64,000 bases of DNA from Acidimicrobiales bacterium. GTDB taxonomy: Bacteria; Actinomycetota; Acidimicrobiia; Acidimicrobiales; Bog-793. Below, in pieces: positions 9,846 through 19,002 of this stretch. The notes beneath the pieces are model-generated. The model saw only the letters and a list, made by a program, of their open reading frames with translations. It made no database searches and had not been told where the DNA came from. Location of the stretch: positions 3,405-67,404 of the forward strand of contig JBEKVJ010000010.1 in the NCBI GenBank assembly GCA_049514105.1, written 5' to 3'. Numbering within the stretch: the stretch's first letter is position 1; every line of letters begins with the position of its first letter. Position numbers and translations under genes: made by a program.

Positions 9846-11162
9846 ATGGCCGAGGAGGATCTCGTGGCGGAAAGGCTCCGGGCCGCAGCCAAGGTCGCGG
9901 AACGCCGACCGCTCGGCTTTGGCCTCGAGGACATCTTTCGAGAGGGATCCGCACGACGCCGTCGGCCTGGACCTTGGCGTCGCCGTGCCGTCGTTAGCGC
10001 AGTGGCGGCCGCAGTCCTAATCGTGTTCTTCGTTCCTCTGCCCCATCTCGGCGTATTCGGTCACCTTGTTACTTCGGGGAAACCATCGCCCGCCGCGTCC
10101 TCCAAGGGACCATCGGCGCTCACTGCGGTCTCGCACGGTCCGTGGCCCGAAAGCCTGCTCGCCCACGCGAACTTCGCCCCGCGGAGCTCAATCGCGGTGC
10201 CGAGTCCGCAGTCCTCAGGGCCGATAATTCTCGGATTCGAGAACAACGGCTGCATGGAGCCGTGTCCCGCGCCAATCGCGCGCCTGGATCCCCGGAGCGG
10301 GACTATCAAGCTAGGCCCCGTCATGACAGCGGGTTCGTTCTTGGAGACCGTCGCGAACAAGGTCATCGTCTTTACTCCACAACGTGTCTCTCTCGACGGA
10401 GAAGTCTCCGGTGGTTGGTTCCTGAGAACGGTCGACACCTCGAGCTTGCAGCTCGGTCGCGCCATGAGATTGCACGTGCTCGGCAACAGTGACGGCTTCG
10501 ACGCGACGCCAGGTGTGCGCGGAACCGAGGACGTGTGGATCGACGACGTCTTGGCCAACAACAGACCAGTGCTGGTGCTCTTGGACACCGCCACGGGCAA
10601 GATCCTGCACACGGTGCGCACCGGCGACGTCGATTCGCTCGAGCTCTCGCCTGACGGCCGGATCCTCTATGAGCTCGGCACAGCCTCGACGAGTGCCAGC
10701 GAACGCGAGTCGGTTACAGAGATGAATGCCTTCACGGGTCGGATCCTGGCTACCCGTCGGCAGAGCTTCTCCGGTGGCACTGTCGGTATCGTCCCGGTCC
10801 CCAGAGGCGTCTGGGTAACGAGCTATGAGCCCTCGGTGAGCCTTCTCAGTTCCGATGTGCTCCGACCGCTCGCGTTGCCCAAGGGCGCGCTACCTCCCGA
10901 CCCGCCTGCCGGGGCCAACATCTGGCGAGGCTTCACTGCCTACAATCTCGGCCCGTTTGTCCTGCTCCAGAGCTACCGCGGCATGACCTGTGACGCGCCC
11001 AACACGGGCGCGACCCGCGCGACGGCGCTGTGGGCGGCCAAACAAGCACCCGGATGGTCCCCTCTCGCGTTGGACGGCCATAGCCTCATCGCCGCCCAGA
11101 TCACGAGCTTCGCCTCGAGCGCGATCTTCGCTGTCCACATACCGGCTGCCTGTTTTTCCTGA
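9846..11162 (+). CDS. single-pass membrane protein, putative non-canonical anti-sigma partner with extracytoplasmic beta-propeller-like domain
   Basis: ATG 9846 lies 1 nt after the sigma stop (start taken inside ORF 9714..11162). Short N-terminal cytoplasmic segment, one TM helix (AVVSAVAAAVLIVFFV), then about 370 aa with LSPDGRILYELG-type repeats. No ZAS HxxxCxxC motif. Confidence 0.45.
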   Translation: MAEEDLVAERLRAAAKVAERRPLGFGLEDIFREGSARRRRPGPWRRRAVVSAVAAAVLIVFFVPLPHLGVFGHLVTSGKPSPAASSKGPSALTAVSHGPWPESLLAHANFAPRSSIAVPSPQSSGPIILGFENNGCMEPCPAPIARLDPRSGTIKLGPVMTAGSFLETVANKVIVFTPQRVSLDGEVSGGWFLRTVDTSSLQLGRAMRLHVLGNSDGFDATPGVRGTEDVWIDDVLANNRPVLVLLDTATGKILHTVRTGDVDSLELSPDGRILYELGTASTSASERESVTEMNAFTGRILATRRQSFSGGTVGIVPVPRGVWVTSYEPSVSLLSSDVLRPLALPKGALPPDPPAGANIWRGFTAYNLGPFVLLQSYRGMTCDAPNTGATRATALWAAKQAPGWSPLALDGHSLIAAQITSFASSAIFAVHIPAACFS

Positions 11163-11209
11163 CACATCAGTCTACTTTCTGCGGGGACCAACGATCTACC
11201 CGATTCGGT

Positions 11210-12065
11210 GTGTCGCGTGGCTACTCACAGCGCAGCTCATGTCAGGATCTGGTCGTGGCCTTCGCACGCGACACCTACACCCACGGTCACGAGGACGCTG
11301 TCTTGCGTTCGCACCGCTGGCGTAACGCCGAGAACTCAGCTGCCTATCTTCTCCCCCACCTGCGTGCTGGCGACCGTCTCCTCGATGTCGGCTGCGGGCC
11401 GGGAACGCTCACCGTTGACCTCGCCCGCGCGGTCTCGCCCGGAGAAGTCGTCGGGATCGACATCGCCGAGTCTGTGATCGCGGAGCCCTCCGCCCAGGCC
11501 GACGCGGCGGGAGTCGCGAACGTCTCGTTTTTGACGGGGCGACTTCAGGGATGCCGGAATCGAACCTGAGAGCTTCGATGTCGTCCATGCCCACCAGGTG
11601 CTCCAGCATCTGTCTGATCCCGTCGGCGCAATAGCGGCCATGGCTGGACTTGCCCGTAGGGGCGGGGTCATCGCCGCACGCGACGGGGATTATGGGGCCT
11701 TTACCTGGTGGCCCGCCAGTCGCGGCCTCGAGCGCTGGCGGGAGGTCTACTCAGCAGTCGCCCGCCGCAACGCGGGCGAGCCGAACGCGGGGCGCTTCCT
11801 GCTCAGCTGGGCACGAGCCGCGGGATGGTCGGACCCTGTCTACAGCTCCTCGACGTGGACCTTCGCTACGGCCGAGGGAAGGACATGGTGGTCACAGCTA
11901 TGGGCCGAGCGTTGCACGACCTCCTCTTTCGCCCGGCAAGCGGTCGAATACGCTATCGCCACCCTCGAGGAGCTGGAGGTCCTGGGTGGTGAATGGCGGG
12001 CCTGGGCCGAAGATCCAGGCGGGGTCTTCATCGTCGTGCACGCTGAGGTGATCGGTCACCGCTGA
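11210..12065 (+). pseudogene. class I SAM-dependent methyltransferase, split by a 1-nt frameshift
   Basis: ORF 11210..11569 carries the SAM motif LLDVGCGPGT. The homology continues in the next frame from about 11541 (DFRDAGIEPESFDVVHAHQVLQHL..) into ORF 11598..12065. The switch is at the G-run ACGGGGCGAC (11534-11543). Confidence 0.7.
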
Positions 12066-12107
12066 GGATCACTACGACTACTAAGAAGCGGTGACCCGCC
12101 AGGGAAC

Positions 12108-12785
12108 TCAGTAGGTGGCGCGGCCTCCGCTGATGTCATACACGGCCCCGGTCGAGAAGCTGCACTTGTCTGAGCAGAGCCACGCGATCAGCTCGGCGAC
12201 CTCTTCGGGCAGGCCAACGCGACGCATCGGGATCAAGCTCGTGATGTGGGCGAGAACGTCGGGATCAGTGCCGTCGTTGAAAGGTGTCCTAATCACCGCG
12301 GGCGCGATCACATTCACCAGCACCCCTGTTGTGGCGAGCTCCTTGCCCAACGATTTGGTCAAGGCGATCACCGCCGCTTTGGAGGCCGAATAGGCGGACA
12401 GGTTCGGGTTGCCATCTTTTCCGGCCATGCTCGCCACGTTGACTATGCGGCCCCAGCCCCGCTCGATCATCCCGGGGACGACCTGCCGGCACATGTTGAA
12501 GGTGCCTTTGACATTCACCTCGAAGGTCCTCGACCATTCGGTGTATTCGACGTGCCAGAGCGGCTTGTTAGGACCGACGATCCCCGCGGAGTTGACGAGT
12601 ATGTCTATGGGCCCGACCCGTTCGATCATCTTGTCCACCGCATCGGCGTCGGTGATGTCTAGGACAAAGTCCGCCGTCGGCGCTGTATCGACAGTGAAGG
12701 TCTTGATCTCCTCGAGCGCGAGACGTTCTGCCGCCGCCTTGCCGATTCCGCTCTCGCCTCCGGTTATGACTGCGGTACGGACCAT
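12108..12785 (-). CDS. SDR family oxidoreductase
   Basis: Start moved to ATG 12785 (GGGAGG RBS; MVRTAVITGGESGIGKAAA). TGxxxGIG, NSAG and YSASK motifs. Confidence 0.8.
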   Translation of the reverse strand: MVRTAVITGGESGIGKAAAERLALEEIKTFTVDTAPTADFVLDITDADAVDKMIERVGPIDILVNSAGIVGPNKPLWHVEYTEWSRTFEVNVKGTFNMCRQVVPGMIERGWGRIVNVASMAGKDGNPNLSAYSASKAAVIALTKSLGKELATTGVLVNVIAPAVIRTPFNDGTDPDVLAHITSLIPMRRVGLPEEVAELIAWLCSDKCSFSTGAVYDISGGRATY

Positions 12786-12998
12786 GAGACCTCCCTTTGC
12801 GTTGCCGTTTGCAATGAACTGATCCGCGAGAGCAGTCTGGCGACGAGCCAACGGGCTGTCCGAGTACAACGAGAAAGCCGGGTGACGCTGCTCGGCTTGC
12901 ACGCGGTACAGGTGATTGCCTCGATCATGGCGGTGATCCCTGACCGCCGCGCCTCGTTATTTTTCCAACTATCGGACTATAGGTCTAGTATTAGGAAC

Positions 12999-13799
12999 AT
13001 GTTTGACGCTAGCGCCGGGACGCACATGGAAGGCCAAGCGTCGGTGAGAGCGTTGGTCGGTTCGGACCGGGTCCTCGCTGTGCTCGCCGAACTGGCCCAG
13101 TACCCCGAAGGTGTCGGGTTGGAGGAGCTCGCCCGCAGGGTTAGCAGCCCAAAGCCAACCGTCCATCGAGCACTGGCTTCGCTCCGCCGGGCCGGCTTTG
13201 CGGCCCAGAACCGTCGCGGTCATTACGTGCTCGGTGACGAGCTAATTCGCCTTGCCTTCTCGAATCACGCTGCGCGACCTGACCACCTGCGCGTCATGCC
13301 CATCTTGGAAGAACTTGCCGTCCGCTATGGCGAGACGGCGCACTTCGCAGTACTAGAAGGGCGCTCGGTCGTTTACCGCTCGAAGATCGATCCGGTCGCT
13401 GGTGCCGTCAAGCTCACCTCTGTGGTCGGAGGCAGAAATCCGGCCCACAGCACAGCTATCGGCAAGCTTCTCCTCTCCTACGAGCTTGCAGATGGCGACG
13501 TGGCCGCCTGGGTGAGCGCGGGCAGGGAATTGGAACAAAGAACCGACAAGACCAAGACGAGCGCCGCCGAGCTGCGCGCCGAGCTCGCGTTGATACGACA
13601 ACGCGGCTACAGCACTGAGGAGGAGGAAAACGAGCTCGGCATCAGTTGTATCGCACTGCCTTTCTTCTTTGCCTCCACGGCCGTTCCAAGCGGAGCCATC
13701 AGCATCAGTGCTCTCATCTACCGCACTCCGCTGGAGCGACTCGTCGAAGACCTGCAGGCGATCCGGGCGATCATCAATCGCGTCCCGTTCGAGCCATGA
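12999..13799 (+). CDS. IclR family transcriptional regulator
   Basis: Start taken at ATG 12999 inside ORF 12882..13799. N-terminal wHTH (VLAVLAELAQYPEGVGLEELARRV) and a C-terminal IclR effector domain. Divergent from an SDR gene across an AT-rich spacer. Confidence 0.8.
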   Translation: MFDASAGTHMEGQASVRALVGSDRVLAVLAELAQYPEGVGLEELARRVSSPKPTVHRALASLRRAGFAAQNRRGHYVLGDELIRLAFSNHAARPDHLRVMPILEELAVRYGETAHFAVLEGRSVVYRSKIDPVAGAVKLTSVVGGRNPAHSTAIGKLLLSYELADGDVAAWVSAGRELEQRTDKTKTSAAELRAELALIRQRGYSTEEEENELGISCIALPFFFASTAVPSGAISISALIYRTPLERLVEDLQAIRAIINRVPFEP

Positions 13800-13875
13800 C
13801 CCGCACTTTGGGGCCGCTTGGGCGAATCTCTGATGCGATGGTCGAGCAACGGCAGCGCTGAGCTTCGAGCAGTCT

Positions 13876-14634
13876 CTAGCCGACGCGCAACGAAGCCATG
13901 CCACCGTCGACAGCGAGCATCGTGCCGGTTGTCGAGGCCGCCAGCGGGCTTGCGAGGTAGCAGATGGCGTTAGCAACCTCGAGAGCCGAGACAAGTCGAC
14001 CCATCGGCTGGCGGGCGACGAGCGCGGCATGGGCCGCGGCTGGGTTTTGCTCGGCGTCGAGAAGGCGCCCGATCCATGGCGTGTCGGTCGTGCCGGGTAG
14101 CACCGCGTTGACGCGGATGTGATCTGAGAGGTAGTCGGCTGCCATGGCCCGAGTGAGCGACTCGATCGCTCCCTTGCTCGCCGAGTACAAGGCCCTGTTT
14201 GGGATGCCTGTCTCGGCCACGACTGAGCACGTGTTGACGATGGACGCAGCGCTCGAGGCCCGCAGGTACAAATGAGCGGCGCGACTCGTGCGCACAACAC
14301 CGAGCACATTTATCTCGAAAACATCGCGCCATTCCTCGTCCGAATTCGCGCTCATTGTGCCGACGGCACCGATACCGGCATTGTTGACCAGCACATCGAC
14401 ACCACCCAGTTGCGACGCGACGTGATCGACTGCGCCGATCACCTGCTCGTCGTCTACGACATCGCAGAGCAAGGAAAGGTGCGCTTCGCCTTCTGGAAGG
14501 ACCCGATCAAGCATCGCAACCTTGGCACCCCGCAGTCGCAAGAGCTCTGCCGTGGCGGCGCCTATGCCGCTCGCCGCACCGGTGACGACCGCCACCAGCC
14601 CTTCGAAATCGTTCGCATACGCTGTTGTGGTCAC
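13876..14634 (-). CDS. SDR family oxidoreductase (candidate 2-keto-3-deoxy-sugar-acid 4-dehydrogenase)
   Basis: 252 aa; TGAASGIG, NNAG and YSASK motifs. Immediately downstream of the IlvD/Edd dehydratase (14-nt gap). Confidence 0.8.
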   Translation of the reverse strand: MTTTAYANDFEGLVAVVTGAASGIGAATAELLRLRGAKVAMLDRVLPEGEAHLSLLCDVVDDEQVIGAVDHVASQLGGVDVLVNNAGIGAVGTMSANSDEEWRDVFEINVLGVVRTSRAAHLYLRASSAASIVNTCSVVAETGIPNRALYSASKGAIESLTRAMAADYLSDHIRVNAVLPGTTDTPWIGRLLDAEQNPAAAHAALVARQPMGRLVSALEVANAICYLASPLAASTTGTMLAVDGGMASLRVG

Positions 14635-14648
14635 GGTCTGCTCCTATT

Positions 14649-16379
14649 TCAGTGAGACTCGCGCACTGTCCGGTCTCCGCTCGAGCCCACGAGGAAGTCG
14701 AGATCGGCCCCGGTGTCAGCCTGCATGACGTGGTCGACATAGAGCTTCGCCCACCCCCGCGTCGGCGCCGCATAGGCGGCTGTGCTCTGCGGGCTCGCCT
14801 CACGCTGCTGCAGTTGTTCCTCTGAGACCTCGAGACTCAAGGACCGGCCCTCGACGTCCAATCGGATGATGTCGCCGGTATGAACCAGCGCCAGCGGTCC
14901 GCCCGCTGCCGCCTCTGGGGCGACGTGCAGGATCACCGTCCCATAAGCAGTGCCGCTCATGCGGGCGTCGCTTATCCGCACCATGTCGCGAACTCCCTGC
15001 TCGAGCAACTTGCGCGGTAAGGGCATGTTCCCGACCTCGGGCATGCCCGGATATCCCCGCGGACCGCAACCACGAAGAACCAGTACCGAGTCCGCTGTCA
15101 CCTCGAGATCGGGGTCATCGAGGCGTGCCCGCATATCTTCGATGCTTTCGAACACAACTGCCGGGCCACTGTGCCGCATCAGTTCGGCCGTAGCCGCAGC
15201 AGGCTTGATGATCGCGCCCCGGGGAGCGAGATTGCCGTGCAGGACGGCGATGCCGGCGTCGGTCATAAGCGGCGAGTCCCGCGGCAAGATCACGGTGTTG
15301 TCATAAACAGGCCGGCCGGTCAGATACTCGACAAAAGGGCGGCCGGTAACTGTGATCGGGCCGGGGTAAAGGAGGTCCTTTAGCTCCGAGAGCACAGCCA
15401 GGAGCCCGCCGGCACGATAGAGGTCGTCCATTAGGAACTCACCCGAAGGCTGCAAGTTGGCTAGCAACGGGACTCCGCTCCCGCAGCGATCGAAGTCGGA
15501 GAGACTCAGCTCGACGCCAAGGCGCCCGGCGATGGCGAGGAGGTGAATCACTGCGTTGGTCGAGCCACCGACAGCTGCCACGGCGACGATGGCGTTGAGG
15601 AACGATTCCCGAGTCATGATGTCGCCCGGCCTACGCCCGACGCGGACCATGTCGACGATGAGACGGCCTGTCTCCTGCGACATCGAGAGCAACCTCGAGT
15701 CCGGCGCCGGCGTTCCGGCCAGGCCGGGGATCGTCATTCCGATGGCCTCGGCAACCACCGCCATCGTCGAAGCCGTTCCCATCGTATTGCAATGACCCTT
15801 GCTCCGGATCATGGATCCCTCGGACTGGAGAAACTGTGCGCTCGTCATGGTGCCGGCACGAACCTCTTCACTGAGACGCCAGACATCGGTCGCACAGCCG
15901 AGCGCCTCCCCACGAAAGTGTCCCGTGAGCATCGGGCCACCGGGCACCACAACTGCGGGCAGGTTGACCGACGCCGCGGCCATGAGCAGAGCCGGAATGG
16001 TCTTGTCACACCCGCCCAACAGCACCAGACCGTCGATCGGGTTAGCCCGGAACATCTCCTCCATTGCCATCGCGGCCATGTTCCGCCACAGCATGGCGGT
16101 CGGCTTTACCTGTGTCTCTCCGAGGGAAACAACCGGAAGGTTGTAGGGCACGCCGCCGTTCTCGAGCACGCCGTGTTTAACGCTCTCGGCGACCTCGTCC
16201 AGGTGCATGTTGCAAGGCGTCAGATCAGAGGCCGTGTTGGCGATGGCAATCTGCGGTTTCCTAGCCTCGAGAGCGTCGTCCGGGAGACCTCTGCGCATCC
16301 AGGCACGGTGGATGTAGGAGTTCCGATCTTGGCCGGAGTACCACTCCGCACTTCGGAGATCATCCACTCCCACCCTCAT
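14649..16379 (-). CDS. IlvD/Edd family dehydratase (sugar-acid dehydratase type)
   Basis: 576 aa matching dihydroxy-acid / pentonate dehydratases along the whole length (CNMHL, GGCDKTIP, GHCNTMGTAST, PGMPE). Confidence 0.85.
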   Translation of the reverse strand: MRVGVDDLRSAEWYSGQDRNSYIHRAWMRRGLPDDALEARKPQIAIANTASDLTPCNMHLDEVAESVKHGVLENGGVPYNLPVVSLGETQVKPTAMLWRNMAAMAMEEMFRANPIDGLVLLGGCDKTIPALLMAAASVNLPAVVVPGGPMLTGHFRGEALGCATDVWRLSEEVRAGTMTSAQFLQSEGSMIRSKGHCNTMGTASTMAVVAEAIGMTIPGLAGTPAPDSRLLSMSQETGRLIVDMVRVGRRPGDIMTRESFLNAIVAVAAVGGSTNAVIHLLAIAGRLGVELSLSDFDRCGSGVPLLANLQPSGEFLMDDLYRAGGLLAVLSELKDLLYPGPITVTGRPFVEYLTGRPVYDNTVILPRDSPLMTDAGIAVLHGNLAPRGAIIKPAAATAELMRHSGPAVVFESIEDMRARLDDPDLEVTADSVLVLRGCGPRGYPGMPEVGNMPLPRKLLEQGVRDMVRISDARMSGTAYGTVILHVAPEAAAGGPLALVHTGDIIRLDVEGRSLSLEVSEEQLQQREASPQSTAAYAAPTRGWAKLYVDHVMQADTGADLDFLVGSSGDRTVRESH

Positions 16380-16387
16380 TTCATTTA

Positions 16388-16417
16388 TCGGAATACCATA
16401 TTGCTATTCGGAATTAC
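16388..16417. promoter_or_regulatory. candidate operator in the divergent dehydratase/FAH promoter region
   Basis: AT-rich spacer with the direct repeat TCGGAATAC / TCGGAATTAC and the imperfect palindrome GAATA-N9-TATTC. A plausible binding site for the IclR regulator; no experimental anchor. Confidence 0.25.
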
Positions 16418-16466
16418 AGGTAGTATGTCACAGTAGGATACCTCCGAGAAGGAAAGGAAAACGCCC

Positions 16467-17339
16467 GTGCGACTTGCCCGAATTGGCGTGCCGGGAGCCG
16501 AAATACCAGGAGCTCTGGTCGACGGCGACCTGTTCGTCGACCTGTCCGATATCGTCGCCGATTTCGACGAGGCCTTCTTCGCTTCCGGCCAGATCCACGC
16601 CCTCGGCCCCGTGATCGCCGAGCGCGAGGCCGCCGGCCGGCTCGAGCCGATCGGCCCTCGCCGCGTCGGAGCGCCGATCGCGCGGCCGCACCAGATCCTG
16701 TGCATCGGCCTGAACTACAGCGATCACGCGGCAGAGACCGGGCAGGCCAGCCCGTCCGAACCCATTGTCTTCAACAAGGCGCCCAACACTCTCGTCGGCC
16801 CGAACGACGACATTCTCATCCCACGCAACGCCGTGAGAACCGACTGGGAGGTCGAGGTTGGCGTCGTTATCGCAAAGCGCTCCCTGTACCTTGCCGACGA
16901 AACCGAGGCGGCAGCCTCGATAGCCGGCTACGTGCTCGTCAATGACGTCAGCGAGCGGCAATGGCAGATGGAGCGTGGGGGTCAGTGGGTAAAGGGCAAG
17001 TCAGCCCCAACCTTCAACCCGGCAGGACCATGGCTGGCGACACCTAACGAGATTGTCGACGTACTCGATCTTGACCTCACCCTCGACGTCGACGGCAAGC
17101 GACGCCAGACCGGCTCGACATCGAAGATGCTCTTTTCTCCACTGTTCCTGGTTCACTACCTGAGCCAGTTCCTTGCCCTTGAACCAGGCGACCTCATCAA
17201 CACAGGCACCCCTCCCGGTGTCGGAATGGGCCAGAAACCGCCCACCTACCTACATGGTGGCGAGACGATGACGCTCAGCGTCTCGGGCCTAGGGACCCAG
17301 ACTCAGCGCGTCGTGGCGCAGGCGGCAGCCGAGACCTGA
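16467..17339 (+). CDS. fumarylacetoacetate hydrolase (FAH) family protein (candidate 2,4-diketo-3-deoxy-sugar-acid hydrolase)
   Basis: 290 aa, GTG start with an AAGGAAAGGA RBS. FAH-fold signatures (ILCIGLNY, GPNDDILIP, DWEVEVGVVI, GDLINTGTPPGVG). Confidence 0.85.
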   Translation: MRLARIGVPGAEIPGALVDGDLFVDLSDIVADFDEAFFASGQIHALGPVIAEREAAGRLEPIGPRRVGAPIARPHQILCIGLNYSDHAAETGQASPSEPIVFNKAPNTLVGPNDDILIPRNAVRTDWEVEVGVVIAKRSLYLADETEAAASIAGYVLVNDVSERQWQMERGGQWVKGKSAPTFNPAGPWLATPNEIVDVLDLDLTLDVDGKRRQTGSTSKMLFSPLFLVHYLSQFLALEPGDLINTGTPPGVGMGQKPPTYLHGGETMTLSVSGLGTQTQRVVAQAAAET

Positions 17340-18385
17340 TGCGCGCGCTCGTCGTCGACGGCCCGCGCAGCGCCTGGGTCAAGAACATAGCCACGCCCGT
17401 GCCAGATCAGGGACAACTACTGGTCGAGGTCGAACGTGTCGGAATCTGCGGAACAGACGTCGAGCTCTACAACGGCGAGATGGCCTACTTCGGACAAGGG
17501 CTCACCCACTTTCCCTTGCGTCTCGGTCACGAATGGACTGGCCGAGTCTCGACCGTAGGCCCCGACACCGATCCCGCCTGGGTCGGCAAACGCGTCACCG
17601 GGGACACGATGCTCGGCTGCGGAACCTGTCGGAGCTGCCTCGCCGGCAGACACCACGTCTGCCCCACCCGCAGCGAAGTCGGTATCACCGACGGCTGGCC
17701 TGGTGCGCTCGCCGAGCTGATGCTCGTCTCGGCTCGATTCGCGCTCGCCATCCCCGACAGCGTCAGCGTGACCGCTGCGGCAATGGTCGAACCCGGCGGC
17801 AACTCCCTTCGTGCTGTCGACGCGTGTTGCCTTTCATCCGGTGATCGTTTGCTGGTGCTCGGCTCCGGCACGATCGGGCTGTTGGCTGCTCAGATCGCTC
17901 TCGCGCGCGGACTGGACGTGCACGTCGCCGGAAGGCGGGCAAGCTCCCTCGAGCTGGCGCGCCAACTTGGCGTGCGGCACACTCACCAGATCTCGGAGGT
18001 GGCGAGAGGTTCCGGCCGACACTTCGACGCAGTTATCGACGCCAGCAGCATCGAAGCGATACCCTCGCTTGCTGTCGAGCTCGTGGAGTCTGCCGGCCGA
18101 GTCGTCTTCATCGGCCTGTCTTCGACGCCGAGCCTGGTCGACACCCGTCTACTGGCCTTGCGAGATGTGACAGCCGTCGGCGTCCTGTCAGCCTCTCCCG
18201 GACTAATAGGAGCGATCGAGCTCTTCGCCTCTGGGGCCGTCAACCCCGAACCACTTGTCAGCGAAGTGATTGGACTCGATGAAGTTGCGTCTCGTCTCGA
18301 GGGAAAGCGCGGTGAAACCTCGGGCATCGGGCCGAAGGTGCATGTTGATCCGCGCGAAGCGTCAACCAAGCGCCGCCCGAGGTGA
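17339..18385 (+). CDS. zinc-dependent medium-chain alcohol/sugar dehydrogenase
   Basis: 348 aa. GICGTD, GHEWTG, the structural Zn Cys cluster CGTCRSCLAGRHHVC, and GSGTIG Rossmann motif. Its start overlaps the FAH stop (TGATG). Confidence 0.8.
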   Translation: MRALVVDGPRSAWVKNIATPVPDQGQLLVEVERVGICGTDVELYNGEMAYFGQGLTHFPLRLGHEWTGRVSTVGPDTDPAWVGKRVTGDTMLGCGTCRSCLAGRHHVCPTRSEVGITDGWPGALAELMLVSARFALAIPDSVSVTAAAMVEPGGNSLRAVDACCLSSGDRLLVLGSGTIGLLAAQIALARGLDVHVAGRRASSLELARQLGVRHTHQISEVARGSGRHFDAVIDASSIEAIPSLAVELVESAGRVVFIGLSSTPSLVDTRLLALRDVTAVGVLSASPGLIGAIELFASGAVNPEPLVSEVIGLDEVASRLEGKRGETSGIGPKVHVDPREASTKRRPR

Positions 18386-18390
18386 CCGCG

Positions 18391-18412
18391 CCGCAAGTCC
18401 GGAGACTTGCGG
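18391..18412 (+). terminator. stem-loop after the dehydrogenase gene
   Basis: CCGCAAGTC-CGGA-GACTTGCGG, a perfect 9-bp stem 6 nt after the stop. Only a weak T tail (TTG). Confidence 0.4.
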
Positions 18413-18626
18413 TTGAAACCAGTCCAGGAACGCCGAATGAGACTGGCTCGTTCGCACAGGACATAGCGCTTAGCGCTGCCGTAAGCCTGTTCGGCACTGC
18501 AGCGGGGAATGGCGTCGTCTCGTATCGGCCGATGGGTTGGAGCCGCCAAGCGCCTGAGGAGCGTTTCTTGAGCGGCGTGCACGGAGGTCGAATATTATGA
18601 TTCGCTCATCGAAATGGGGGGACTAA

Positions 18627-18947
18627 ATGCCGAAGTACCTGCTTGAAGTCGGCTACACACTCGAGGGTATACGAGGGCTCAAAGCAGAGGGCGGTTCAGC
18701 TCGTGTAGCGGCTGTCACCGCCGCGATAGAAGCGGCCAGTGGCAAGATCGAGTCGTTCTACTTCGCTTTCGGCGACAATGACGCTTACTTGATCGTCGAC
18801 TACCCCGACGTCGCAACGGCCGCGGGCCTGGCGCTCAGCGTGACCGCCGCCGGTGGCGCCAAGGTCCGAACCGTTTCCCTCTTGACCCCAGCCGAGGTTG
18901 ACGCAGGTGTCAAGATGCAGTCGTCGTACCGACCGCCTGGGGGCTGA
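18627..18947 (+). CDS. GYD domain-containing protein
   Basis: 106 aa. MPKYLLEVGYT.. with the FYFAFGDNDAYLIVD core typical of the GYD family. Confidence 0.7.
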   Translation: MPKYLLEVGYTLEGIRGLKAEGGSARVAAVTAAIEAASGKIESFYFAFGDNDAYLIVDYPDVATAAGLALSVTAAGGAKVRTVSLLTPAEVDAGVKMQSSYRPPGG

Positions 18948-18960
18948 CAAGCTCGAGGGG

Positions 18961-18990
18961 CACGACGCCCGGTTTGTCCCGGGCGTCGTG
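18961..18990 (+). terminator. GC-rich hairpin after the GYD gene
   Basis: CACGACGCCCGG-TTTGTC-CCGGGCGTCGTG, a perfect 12-bp stem. No clear U-tract. Confidence 0.45.
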
Positions 18991-19002
18991 TGCTAGTCCC
19001 AA

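Noticed and set aside
12786-12998. Operator palindrome in the SDR/IclR divergent spacer (ACTATAGGTCTAGT region)
   Set aside because: Only a short, imperfect ACTA..TAGT symmetry in an AT-rich patch. It cannot be distinguished from chance.
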